Below, piece after piece: positions 11,898 to 24,002 of a stretch of 64,000 nt of DNA. Each line of letters opens with the position of its first letter. Positions within the stretch are counted from its first letter, which is position 1. A program made the translations under genes and the position numbers. This stretch comes from Scenedesmus sp. PABB004 (taxonomy: Eukaryota): positions 62,001 to 126,000 of the forward strand of contig JABVCE010000044.1 of assembly GCA_014905635.1 (NCBI GenBank), in the 5' to 3' direction. The notes under the pieces are model-generated. The model did no database searches. It was given only the letters and a program-made list of their open reading frames with translations, and was not told the origin of the DNA.

Positions 11898-14800
11898 TGC
11901 CCAGGCATTCCGTTTGTGACGGTGGACTCGGACCCCGCCAAGGGCCAGGCCTTCCCGCCGGGGCCGACGAATTTCTACCTGTATGCCAGCGAGAGCGACA
12001 CCAAAGCAGGTGCTTGCGCGCGCGCCGCGGCCCTCACACTGCCGCAGGGCCACGTCCCAGCTGGCCGGACGCCTGACTGGCTGCCGCCGCCGCCGCCCGC
12101 GCCCCGCGCAGGCGTCCCGGCCGGCAGCGGGCGCTACCCCTTCCCTGCCGGCGCGCCGATCGAGGGCGCATACCCCGGCTGCTCCGCAGCAGACTGCCCC
12201 GGCGACCGCCACGTGCTGGTGGTGGACAACTTCACCTGCACGCTCTACGAGGCCTGGCGCTGCGAGGCGCCCGCCAGCGCGGGAGGTGCGGCGGGGACGG
12301 AGAGGGAACGGGCTGCGCGCTGGGCGCGGCGCGGCGCGCAGCTGCCGGCGCCGCGGCTCCTCCGACGCCCCGCCGACGCCGCCGCCTCTGCCGTCGCACG
12401 CGCCCCGCAGACCCGTGGCGCTGCGCCAACGGTGCGGCGTTCAACCTGAGCAACCCTCATCTGCCGCAGCGCCCGCTGGGCTGGACCAGCGGCGACGCGG
12501 CGGGGCTGCCCATCCTGCCGGGCCTGGTGCGCGTGGACGAGGTCGCGGCGGGCGTGATCAACCACGCGATCCGGTTCACTGCCCGTTACGTCCGGGCCGC
12601 CTACGAGTTCCCCGCAGGCCACCTCGTCACCGGGCGTGAGTCCCCGCCAGCCGGCTGGCCCTGCGCTTGCTGTGCCGCGCCCGCGCCGGGGCCGCACGCC
12701 GCCGCTGACGTGACGCCTGCGCGCGCTGTCCCGCGCCGCGCAGAGGGCACCACGCCCAACCGCCCCTGGATGGGGATGCGCGCCCGCCTGCACGCGGGCT
12801 TTGACTGCGGCGCCCTCGTGACGCACGAGGCGCAGGTGCGCCGCGCGCGGGCAGCCCGCGGCCCGCTGCCCCTGGCGTTCACGAGCCCGGGCCCGCTGAC
12901 GCCGCCCGCCTTCCCGCCAGGTCATCTGCGCCGCGCTGAAGAAGTATGGCGTCATCCTCGCCGACGTGGGCTCGCCCTGGTTCCTGACGGGTGAGTCAGG
13001 CCCGCTGGCCGCGCGCTGCCAGCCCGCCGCCCGGCCAGCCTCACGCCTCGACGCGCGCAGCGCCGCGCCGCGCCGCGCAGGCGAGGCCAGCGCCGCGTGG
13101 GAGGCGCTGCTGGGGCCGCGGCTGTCGCAGTTTCACGCCGACCTGCGCCAGGGCATCCGAGGCGACGACATGGAGGTCGTGATGCCACCCGGTGTGCCCG
13201 CGGGGTGTAGAGATTAGGCCGCCGCGCCGCCCCGCCCCTCCGCCCAGCCGCCCCGACTCGACGCGCCGCGCTCGCCGCGCGCCCGCTGCCCTCCCCGCCG
13301 GCCGCCTGACCGCGCGCCGCCGCTCGCCGCCAGGCCACTGCATCTGCACCACCCCGAGCTGCACCAACACCCAGGGCGTGCGGACCTGCCCCGCCCCGAA
13401 GCTCCCGGGCGAGTACCCTCCCCCGCCGTCGCCCTCGCCGCCGCCCTCGCCCGCGCCCGGCGGCGGCGACCCAGCGCAGGACCCGCCCGCGACCGGCGCG
13501 CGCAACCCCGACGGCAGCTGCGCGCTGCTGCCGGGCAGCCACCTCGGCCTGGACGTCTCGGCGCTGCCGCTGCACCCCAGTTCCGCGTGAGCCGCGCGCG
13601 CGCGCGCACACGCTGCGTCGCCGGGAGCGCCGAGGCGCCGCTCTCGCACCGCGCCGCGCCTCAGACCGGCTCCGCGCTGAGGGCCCGGCTCGCCCCGCGG
13701 CGCTGCAGGGGCATCGTCCAGTACATCAGTGAGGACAACCTTGACCGTGGCATGCACGCAGGTGAGCCGCGCGTCGCGGGCCGCCCCGCCCGGCCGCCCC
13801 GCCCGCCCGCCCCGCCGCCGCCGCCCGCCGCGCCGCGGCGAGCAGGCCTTGCGCTCCGCCTCACCTGCGTGCACCCGCGCGCGCGCAGACTTTGCGGGCC
13901 ACGACGGCCCGCTGACCGCCAACACCGTGTTTTACGGCATCCCCTTTGCCACCACGGACAGCCGCCCGTCGCGCGGCCAGGCCTTCCCGCCGGGGCCAAC
14001 AGACTTCTACCTGTACCCCTCTGAGAGTGACGTCACAGCAGGCGCGCGCGCGGGCCGCGGCCCCGCCTGCGCGGCCGGCCCACTGCCTTTGACTCCGCCT
14101 CCAGTCCCAGCTGGCCAGACACCTGACCGGCTGCCGCCGCCGCCGCCTCCGCCGCCCGCGCCCCGCGCAGGCGTCCCCGCCGGCAGCGGGCGCTACCCCT
14201 TCCCTGCCGGCGCGCCGATCGAGGGCGCATACCCCGGCTGCTCCATGCTGGACTGCGACACCGACCGCCACGTGCTGGTGGTGGACAACTTCACCTGCAC
14301 GCTCTACGAGGCCTGGCGCTGCGAGGCGCCCGCCAGCGCGGGAGGTGCGGCGGGGAGCGAACGGGCGGCGCGCTGGGCGCGGCGGGGCGGGGCAGCCACC
14401 CGGCGCCGCAGCTCCTCCGATGCCCCGCCGGCGCGCCGCCGCCTCTGCCGCCGCGCGCGCCCCGCAGACCCGTGGCACTGCGCCAACGGCGCGGCGTTCA
14501 ACCTGAGCAACCCTCTTCTGCCGCAGCGCCCGCTGGGCTGGACCAGTGCCGACGCGGCGGGGCTGCCCATCCTGCCGGGCCTGGTGCGCGTGGACGAGGT
14601 CGCGGCGGGCGTGATCAACCACGCGATCCGGTTCACCTCCGGGCGCATCAAGGACGCCTACGCCTTCCCCGCGGGCCACCTCATCACCGGGCGTGAGTGC
14701 CGGCACGCGCGCACTGCCTGACAAGGCCCGGCGCGCTTGTGAGCGCCGCCCGCCGACGCCGACGGTGGCGCGCGCGCGCCACCGCCGCTCCGCGCAGAGG

Positions 14801-17785
14801 GCGGCGTCGGGCCGTTCCGGCCCTGGCTCGGCCTGCGGGCCCGGCTGCGCGCGGGCTTTGCCTGCGGCGGCCTGGCCACGCCCGAGGCGCGGGTGGTCTG
14901 CACCGCAATGAAGAAGTATGGCCTCATCCTTGCGGACGCCGGCTCGCCCTGGTTCCTGACGGGTGAGCGCGCGCGCGCACTGCGTGCCGCCGGCCGCAGC
15001 GCGAGCTCCCCGCTCACCGCGCACCGCGCACCGCCGCGCCGCGCCACGCAGGCGAGGCCAGCGCCGCGTGGGAGACACTGCTGGGGTCACGACTGGCGCA
15101 GTTCAGGGCCGACGTGTCGAGCATTACAGCCAAAGAGATGGAGATCGTGCTCCCGCCCGGTGCGCGGGCGAGCCGGCCGGCCGGTGGTGACAGGGGTCCT
15201 GCGCCGTGAGCGCTGACGCGAACGCTGACGCCGCCGCCCTCTCCCGCTCCGCTCGGCGCGCAGACCACTGCCTCTGCCTCAACGCCCAGTGCCTGGACTG
15301 GCTCGGCACGGCGACCTGCCCGCCGCCGCGCGTGCCCGGCCCGCCGAGCGCGCCGACGCCCGGCACGCGGCTGGTCGTGCAGACAGGCCGCTCCGTGCAG
15401 CGCATCGACGGCTCCAGCGTCGTCTACAACGGCACCGTCGACGCGGGCATCTCCACGCAGTACATCGACACCTGGAACCAGATGCAGGCGCGCGGCGGCG
15501 ATGGCTGGAGCCCACGCGCCCGCCACGCCCGCGCGCGCCCGCCGCCCGCGCCCTTCCGTCGCCGCGCCGCCCACGCCCGCGCCGCCCACACCGCGCAGGG
15601 CAACACCTACTTCTGGCCCGCCACGCAGCAGTTCAGCGTGAGCGACAAGCTCGGCTCCGAGGGCGCCAGCTTCCGCGTGCTGCTCCGCTTCGACGAGCTC
15701 TGGAAGCTGCTGCCCGCCGGCGCGACCATCTACGGCGCGGCGCTCAACCTCACGTTTATCAATTGGGACAGCACCGCCGCTACCCTCCAGGCGCGCCCCC
15801 GCCCGCCAACGCAGCCGCGCAGCCGCGGGCGGCGCGCGCGTGTCGTGCTGGGACGGCCCGGCGCGGCGGCGCGCCGACGCGCGCGCCCGTGCGCGCCGGC
15901 TGCCCGCAGGTCTGCGCGGTCGCCCAGGACTGGGTTGGCGTGGACACCAAGCCGCCCAAAGCCTACAGCGGACTGGGCTGGCGCTTCACGGGGCGCTTCA
16001 CGCCCGCCGGCGCGTGAGTGCCCGCGAGCGAGCATCCCCTGTGCCTGAAGGGGGCCTGCCGCGCGTCGGCGCGGCGTGGCACGCGGCGAGGCGCGACCGT
16101 CCGGCCCGGCTGCCCTCCGCACCGCCACCTGCGCGCAGGTCCATCCCGTGGGGGACCCCTGGCGGCGACTGCGCGCCCGGCCAAGCCCCATGGAGCGTGG
16201 ACGTGCCGCCCGGCCACGAGCAGAGCGGCCTGATGGCGGTGTCGGTGCCCCTGCCGGCCAGCCTGCTGCAGGGCTGGGTCGCCAATGCCGGCGCCGCCAA
16301 CTACGGCCTTCTCCTGCGGTGCGCCGGCGCCCGCCGCTCGTGCTGTGTGCTGGCGGCCGCCGCATGCGAGCCAACGCCGGCCGCGCGCGCGCATGGCGGC
16401 GCGTCACCGCTGCTGGCCTGCCGCGCCGCCGCGCACCGCGCGCGCAGGGCCGCCGCGGGCGGGCTGAACCTGCGGCTGAGTCAGAATGCCGCGGCCGTGT
16501 CGGTGCGGCCGGCGCTGGACATCTACTACGAGGGCGGCGACACGAGCATCCGCTGGTCGCCCGAGCCCGTGCCGCCCAGCCCCTCGCCGGCGCCGTCGCC
16601 GTCGCCTGGCGACGCCGGCCCGCCGCCGCCGGCCGCACGCAACGCCGACGGCAGCTGCGCGCTGCTGCCGGGGAGCGCGTTTGGGGTGGACGTGTCGGCG
16701 ATGCCGCTGCACCCCAGCTCGGGGGAGATCATCGCGAGCATCAACGACGGCAACGCCGCCCGCGGCATGCACGCCGACTTTGCCGGCTTTGAGGACGCCG
16801 GCGCCGCGCTCATACCCTACGGTGGGCCCTGGCCCTGTGCCCCTGAGCCAGCCCCACGCGCACCGCGCCCGCACACACCGCGCGCAGGGCCCCAGCGCCC
16901 GGCCCCGGCCAGCGCACGCACGCACGCCGCGCGTGTGTGTGTCACGCCGCCGCCGCCGCCGGCGCCGCCCAGGCATTCCGTTTGTGACGGTGGACTCGGA
17001 CCCCGCCAAGGGCCAGGCCTTCCCGCCGGGGCCAACAGACTTCTACCTGTATGCCAGCGAGAGCGACACCAAAGCAGGTGCGGCTCGCGGCCGGCCCACT
17101 GCCTTCGACTCCGCCTCCAGTCCCAGCTGGCCACGCCTGACTGGCTGCCGCTGACTGCGCCGCCCGCGCCCCGCGCAGGCGTCCCCGCCGGCAGCGGGCG
17201 CTACCCCTTCCCTGCCGGCGCGCCGATCGAGGGCGCATACCCCGGCTGCTCCATGCTGGACTGCGACACCGACCGCCACGTGCTGGTGGTGGACAACTTC
17301 ACCTGCACGCTCTACGAGGCCTGGCGCTGCGAGGCGCCCGCCAGCGCGGGAGGTGCGGCGGGGAGCGAACGGGCGGCGCGCTGGGCGCGGCGGGGCGGGG
17401 CAGCCACCCGGCGCCGCAGCTCCTCCGATGCCCCGCCGGCGCGCCGCCGCCTCTGCCGCCGCGCGCGCCCCGCAGACCCGTGGCACTGCGCCAACGGCGC
17501 GGCGTTCAACCTGAGCAACCCTCTTCTGCCGCAGCGCCCGCTGGGCTGGACCAGTGCCGACGCGGCGGGGCTGCCCATCCTGCCGGGCCTGGTGCGCGTG
17601 GACGAGGTCGCGGCGGGCGTGATCAACCACGCGATCCGGTTCACTGCCCGGCGCGTGCAGCCCACGTACGCCTTCCCTGCAGGCCACCTCATCACCGGCC
17701 GTGAGTGCCGGCGCGTGCAGTGGGCGCGCCAGCTCTGCCGGCGCTGCAGCACGGCCGGTCAACCGCCGCCGCCGCCGCCGCCGCC

Positions 17786-17865
<80 letters not shown>

Positions 17866-20638
17866 CGCAGGCGGCGCCGCGCCCAGCGACCCCTGGCTCG
17901 GCCTGCGCGCCCGGCTGCGCGCGGGCTTTGCTTGCGGCGGCCTCGCCACGGCGCCGGCGCGCGTGATCTGCGCCGCGCTCAAGAAGTATGGCGCCATCCT
18001 CAGCGACTCCGGCACCGGCTGGTACCTCACCGGTGAGCCCTCCCCCTGCCAGGCGGCGCAAACTGCGCGGCCAGCTGGGCGGGCGCCCGGCACGCCCTGC
18101 GCCCTCCGAGCCCACGCCGCCCGCCGATCCGCCGCCACGCCGCGCAGGCGAGGGCTCTGCGCACTGGGCTGACGTTATCCCACCGGCGATGGCGGACGCC
18201 TTTGCGGCCGACATGGCGGCGATGCGCGGCTCGGACATGGAGATTGTGATGCCGCCAGGTCGGCGCCCGCCCCGCCGCGCGCCGCCGGGCGGCGAGGCCC
18301 CGTGCCGCCGCCGCCGCCGCCGCCGCCGCTGACGCCGCCCTTCTCGCACGCCGCCGCGCCCGCCCCCGCCGCGCAGACCACTGCCTCTGCCTCAACTCGC
18401 AGTGCCTGGACTGGGTCGGCACGGCGACCTGCCCGCTGCCGCGCGTGCCCGGCGCGCCCGTCCCGCCCCGCCGACGGGGACGCGCGTGGTCGTGCAGACC
18501 GGGCTGTCCATCCCGCGCCTCGACGGCGCGCCGGCGGCTGTCTACAACGACACCATCGATGCAAGCATCACCACGCAGTACATCGACACCTGGAACAAGA
18601 TGCAGGCGCGAAGCTCGGGCTCGGACGCGGCGGCGGCCGGCCGGCCGGGCGGCCGCGCGCGCTCCCGCCGGCCGAGCGGCGCCCCGCGCCGCCCGGGCTG
18701 CGCCGCCGACTGCGCCGCGCGTCGCCGCCGCCGCTACTGCCGCCGCAGGGCGTGCTGTACCCCTGGCCGACCGCGGCGGACCGCACCATCAGCGAGCTCG
18801 GCAACGGCGGCAAGGAGGCGTATCGCACTCTGCTGCGCTTTGACGGGCTCCAGGCGTTCGTGCCCTTTGGTGCGACCATCAACTCGGCGCGGCTCAACCT
18901 GACGCTCTTGGCGTGGGACCTTCACGACAACACGCTGCAGGTCTGCCTGCTGACCAAGCGCTGGGTCGGCACCGCGCCGGCGACGCCCTACGACGGCCTC
19001 GGCTGGGCCAAGACCGGCGCCGACGGCGCGGCGTGGACCCAGCCCGGCGGCTGGGGCGACTGCGCCACGACCTGGAGCGTGCGCGTGCCGATGGGGCACG
19101 AAAAAAGCGGGATGATGCAGGTGCGTGGCACCGGCGGGGCAGGCGGGGCGGATGCCGCGCTGGCGCCGCGGCGGCAGCGCCGCGCGCCGCGCGTGTCGCC
19201 CGAGGCCCTGCCTGCGCCGCCGCTCGGGCCGCGGCCGCAGGTGTCGCTGCCGCTGCCCGGCAGCGTCATCAACGGCTGGGTGGCGGGGCAGGGCGCGGCC
19301 AACTTTGGCGTGCTGCTGCGGTGAGCGCGCGCCGGCCGCCTCGGCGGACTCCCTGCCGGCCGCGCCCGCCGGCCGGCCGCCCACAGCAGCCCGCCCGCCG
19401 GGCCCGCCGCCGCAGCTGCGACACGGGCGCCGTCTCGCTGCGCCCCAGCCAGTACGCGACCACCCCCAGCGTGCGGCCGCTGCTTGACATCTGGTACCAG
19501 CCCGGCACTGGCACCATCGAGCCCATCACCTCGCCCTCTCCCGCCCCCTCGCCCTCGCCGTCGCCCGCCCCCTCCCCGTCGCCCTCGCCCTCGCCCGGAC
19601 CGGGCGGCGGCGGCAGCGGCGGCGGCGGCGGTCAGGGCACGGCGCGGCTGGTCGTGCAGACGGGCGCCGACGTGTGGGGCAACGGCACTGCCTACAACGG
19701 CACCGTCGACGCGGGCATCTCCACGCAGTACATCGACACCTGGAACCAGATGCAGGCGCGGCGCGCCGTCGGCTCCCGCCCGCGTGCCCGCCACGCCCGC
19801 GCGCGCCCGCCGCCCGCGCCCTTTCGACGCCGCGCCGCCCACGCCCGCGCCGCCCACACCGCGCAGGGCACCACCTACTACTGGCCCGCCACGCCACAGT
19901 TCAGCGTCGCCGACGACCAGGGCAGCAGCAAGGAGAGCTTCCGCGTGCTCCTCCGCTTCGGCGGGCTGCAGCAGCTGCTCCCGCCGGGCGCAGACCTTGC
20001 CTCGGCGCGGCTCAACCTGAGCTTTGTCAACTGGGCGGCCAAGCCGCAGACGGTGGACGTGTGCGCGCTGCGCAAGCGCTGGTCCGCGGTCAAGCCGCCG
20101 GTCAGCTACACGGGTCTGGGCTGGAAGCGTACGGGCCTGGCCAACGCCACCGGCCAGTGAGTGCGGCGGCGGGCGGCGCGGCGCGCGGCTCGCGCGCTCA
20201 GGCCCGAGCTGACGACCCCCCTCCCGCCGCCACCGCCACCCGCGCAGGCCCGACACCTGGACGCAGCCCGGCGCCTGGGCGGACTGCGACCCCGCCGCCG
20301 TCTGGAGCCTCACCGTGCCCTGCTGCAACGGCCCGGCGCGCGTGTCGCTGCCGCTCCCGCCCGCCGTCGTGGCGGCGTGGGCGGCCGGCAACGGCAGCGC
20401 CAACGCCGGCCTGCTGCTCAAGGGCAGCTCCGCGAGCACCGCCACGCTGCGCCTCAGCCAGTACGCTGCCGACCCCAAGGCGCGCCCCGCGCTCGACCTG
20501 ACCTACTCCATCGTCACGGCGGCGGCGGACAGCAGCAACAAGACCAAGCCGCCCGGCGGCGGCGCGCGGCGGCCCGGACGCAGCCCCCACCCGCGCCCGC
20601 GGCGCTCGCCCAAGCCGAGGCCGTCACCCAAGCCATGA
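11440..20638 (+). CDS. Large secreted multidomain protein: signal peptide-A-A-B-A-B-B (A = uncharacterised bacterial-type 'WTSADAAGLPI' domain; B = DNRLRE/CBM96-like domain), with Cys-rich and Ser/Pro linkers
   Basis: Signal peptide MARPLGCALVAILAAAAGAAALA; three copies of DRHVLVVDNFTCTLYEAW...WTS(G/A)DAAGLPILPGLVRVDEVAAGVINHAIRFT...KKYG.IL.D.G..W.LTG; three copies of DA.I.TQYIDTWN...R.LLRF..L....P.GA....A.LNL...RP.LD; SPSP linkers; many canonical introns; no stop codon seen in the reconstructed exons. Confidence 0.8.
17765..17863. repeat. (GCC)n microsatellite in an intron
   Basis: Directly visible in the sequence. Confidence 0.9.
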
Positions 20639-21505
20639 TCATGACACCGCGTGTCGGCGTGCATCGCGGCGGCGCTCGGGGCCGCAGAGCCCGGCCCGCT
20701 CGCTCCTAGCTGCCTCGTGACGTTTGCGGGACTGCGACGACGCTGATTCTCATTGCCACGCCCTGCTGCTGCCACAACGTTCCCGCTTTTTGCTTTCCCT
20801 GCTCTCTGTCTGCTGCTCGCGTCATGTATCCGATGTGAGATGCACCCCGCACCAGTCCCACGGCGCCCCAGCCGGGGGTTGCGCCCCGCTCGCGGCCGCA
20901 CCCCTGGGGCTTGTGCCACAGCACTGCTGCTGCCACGCGCCGGCGCCCATCCAACCTGCTTGTCTGTTTGCCCGCGCACAGCTTCCCCGTGTGTCCCCCC
21001 TGGTTTGACGACGATGACCGGCGCCCCTGCATTATGGTTGGCCGTCGCGCGGCGCGCGCTCGTCATGGTTCTGACCCTTGCCCTCTCCCACACATCATCG
21101 CACTCACGTTGAGCCGCGGCCCGGGAACCCAGCCGCACAGCATCGTGATCCCACAGTCTGTGCTGTCTCAAATTCTTGGAGTCTGCGTCGACCCAAATTC
21201 TTGAACGGCGTGACGGCGCGTGCGAAGTGACGACGCGCGCAACAAGGACCGACCATGCGCCCCCCGCCTGAACCGCCCGCGTTCTAGAGCAGTCCTAAAG
21301 CAGCCGGCGCTGGCCACGCCAGCAGCCGCCCGAGCACGGCGCCGCCCGCAGCGCAGCGCCGAGCGACCGCTGCTGCCGCCGCCGAACGAACGCCCAGCAC
21401 GGCCGAGTCGCTGCCCGATCGCGTCGAGGGGGGTGAAATTAGCTTGGACAGGGCCACAGGCGCCGCGGGCCGCGCTGCCGGCAGCAGCAGGCGGCGGCGG
21501 CGGCG

Positions 21506-23955
21506 ATGGCGGATGTCGCGTCCCCCGCCTGCGCAGCCGCGTGGTCGGCCTGCCTGTCCAAGCTCTCCGGCGGGGTGTGTGAGGGATCAGCATTGGGTGA
21601 CCGCCCAGTCGCCGCGCGTGGTGCGCTCAGCGCTCAGCGCGCCGCCGCCGCTGCTGCCGCCGCCGCAGGAGCTGCCGGGCGCGGCGGACGTCTCGGCGGT
21701 GTGCGGCGCCGGCCTCGTGGAGGTGCTGGCGACGATGCTGTTCGATCAGTTTGAGGTGCGGCGCGCCCGGCGCGCCACCGCCGGCTGCGCCGCGACCGGC
21801 CGGCGAGCAGCAGCAGCGCCGCCGCGCAACCGCCGCCAACCGCCGCGCGCGCAGGGCCGGCTGCAGGCGGTGCACGTGCCCGCGTTCTGGGACGCGCTGC
21901 AGGCGTGCCGCGAGCGCGAGGGCGCGCTGGAGGCGGGCCTGCTCCCGGCGCTGAAGGCGCGCGCGGGGCGCCGAGAGGGCGCGCGCTGGCGTGACCGAGT
22001 GGCGCCGCCCGCCGCCGCCGCCGCCGCCGCCGCTTCCGCCGCCGCGGCACCTGAACCCCGTGCCCCCTGCCGCTGCCCCTTGCCGCGCCACCGCCGCAGG
22101 CGCTGGCGGGCGCCGTGCGCGCGCAGTCGGAGCAGCTGGCGGCCGCCGCGCAGCAGCTGCTGCTCGGCATGCTCGCGGCGGCGCCGCCGCCGTGCGACGT
22201 GCCGGCGAGCACGGTCGCGCTGCTCGCGGGGCTGTGTGCGCGGCACCGCACGTCCGTGGCGGCCATGCTCATCGCCACCGCGCCCACCAGCCTGCCGGGT
22301 GCGGCGCCGGCGGTCCTGGCGGGCCGGCGCGGCGCGCGGCGCCGCCGGCCGCCACGCCTCGGGCCGCGCCCACGCCGCCGCCGCCGCGCCGCGCTGCCGC
22401 CCAGGCCTGCTGGTGCGGTACTACCAGGCGCGGCTGGAGCAGCTGGTGGCCGTGATTCACGAGCAGCAGGGCGGCAGCGGCGAAAGCATGAGCGAGGACC
22501 CGCCCAGCCCCGCGGCCGCGGCGGGCCGGCCGCCCACGCCCGGCAGCGCTGCCGACACGCCCGGCGGCGGCGGCGTCGACGGGTGGGCGTGCGGCGGCGG
22601 CGCGCGCTGCCTGCGCAGCCCGGCGTGCAGCGCAGCTGACGGCGGCGCGCGCGCGCAGGCATGCCCTGCCAGCCGCGGCCGCCGCGCCGCTCGCGCTGCT
22701 GGGTGACGCCTGGTGCGCCGAGGTCGCGGGCGTGGCGGCCACGCTGGAGGAGCTGGGCCTGGCGGCCGCGTCCGAGGAGGCATACGCGCGCGTCATAAAC
22801 AGGCGGGCCGCCGCCGCGGGGCAGCCAGCCACGGGCCGGACGCGCCTTGGGCGCCGCCGCGGGCCAGCGCGGCGGCGGCGCGCCTCACGCGTCCCCGCCC
22901 CGCGCCGCCGCCGCCGCCGCCGCCGCCGCGCGCAGCCACGTGGTGCAGGCGCTGGCCGACCTGGCGACGGGGGCGTCCGACGCCGCGGTGCTGCCTCGCG
23001 CACAGGCGCTCGTCTGCTCCGGCCCGCTCGCGCTGCTCGAGGCGCTGCTGGGCGGCGCGCCGGGCGCGGAGCTCAAGCTGCAGGCGCGCGCGCGCCTGCA
23101 CGCTGGCGCGCCCAGCTCGGCTCCGCTCGCCGGCCGGGCGCCCACCACACGCCCGCCGCCGCCGCTCCCCACGCCGCCGCCGCCGCAGGAGTGGCAGCTG
23201 CGGCTGACGTACCTGCTGCTGGAGACGCTGGGCGGGCTGCGCGCCGGGGCGATGTTTGACCTGGTGGTCGACTTCCCCGACTCGCGCCCCGCGCTCGACG
23301 ACCTCGCGACCTGCCTCGCGCACACGAGCCTGTCGCGCGCCTTTGCGGCGCGCTTTGGCGCCGCGCTGCGCGAGCGCCTGCTGCACGCGGGCGCCGCGAC
23401 GTCCGACATCATCGCCACGTACGTCAGCACCATCCGCGCGATGCGGCACGTCGACCCCAGCGGTGACACCGCCCCCCCCCCCCCCGTGCAGCCCGCGGCC
23501 CGCCGCGCGCGCGCGAGCGGCGACGCGCCGCCGCCGCCGGCGCCGCGCCGACGCCACGCGCCGCCGCCGCCCCGCCCGCGCCGCGCGCGGCAGGGCTGCT
23601 GCTGGACGCCGTGGGCGAGCCGATCCGCGCGTACCTGCGGCGCCGGCCCGACACCATCCGGTGCATCGTGGGAATGCTCACAGAGGACGGCCCCGGCGGC
23701 GCCGGCGCCGGCGGCGGCGAGGGGCCCGGCCTGCTCGCGGAGCTGCAGGCGGCGCAGGGCGGCGGCGGCGCCGGCGCCGGCGTCGCGCCGCCCGGCGCGG
23801 CCGCGGCGCTCTCGGCGGCGGCCGCCGCGGGCGGCGGCGACGCGGCGTCCGCGCGCGGCGCGGGCTACACCTGGTGCGTGAGCGAGGCGGAGGGCGACGA
23901 CGCGGCGCTGCGCCTGCTGGAGGCGCTGGAGGCCGGCGCCGCCGCCGCCGACGGT

Positions 23956-24002
<47 letters not shown>

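Noticed and set aside
11440..20638. Bacterial contamination as the source of the bacterial-type domains
   Set aside because: The gene has many spliceosomal introns in host style and is flanked by cyclin and APC2.
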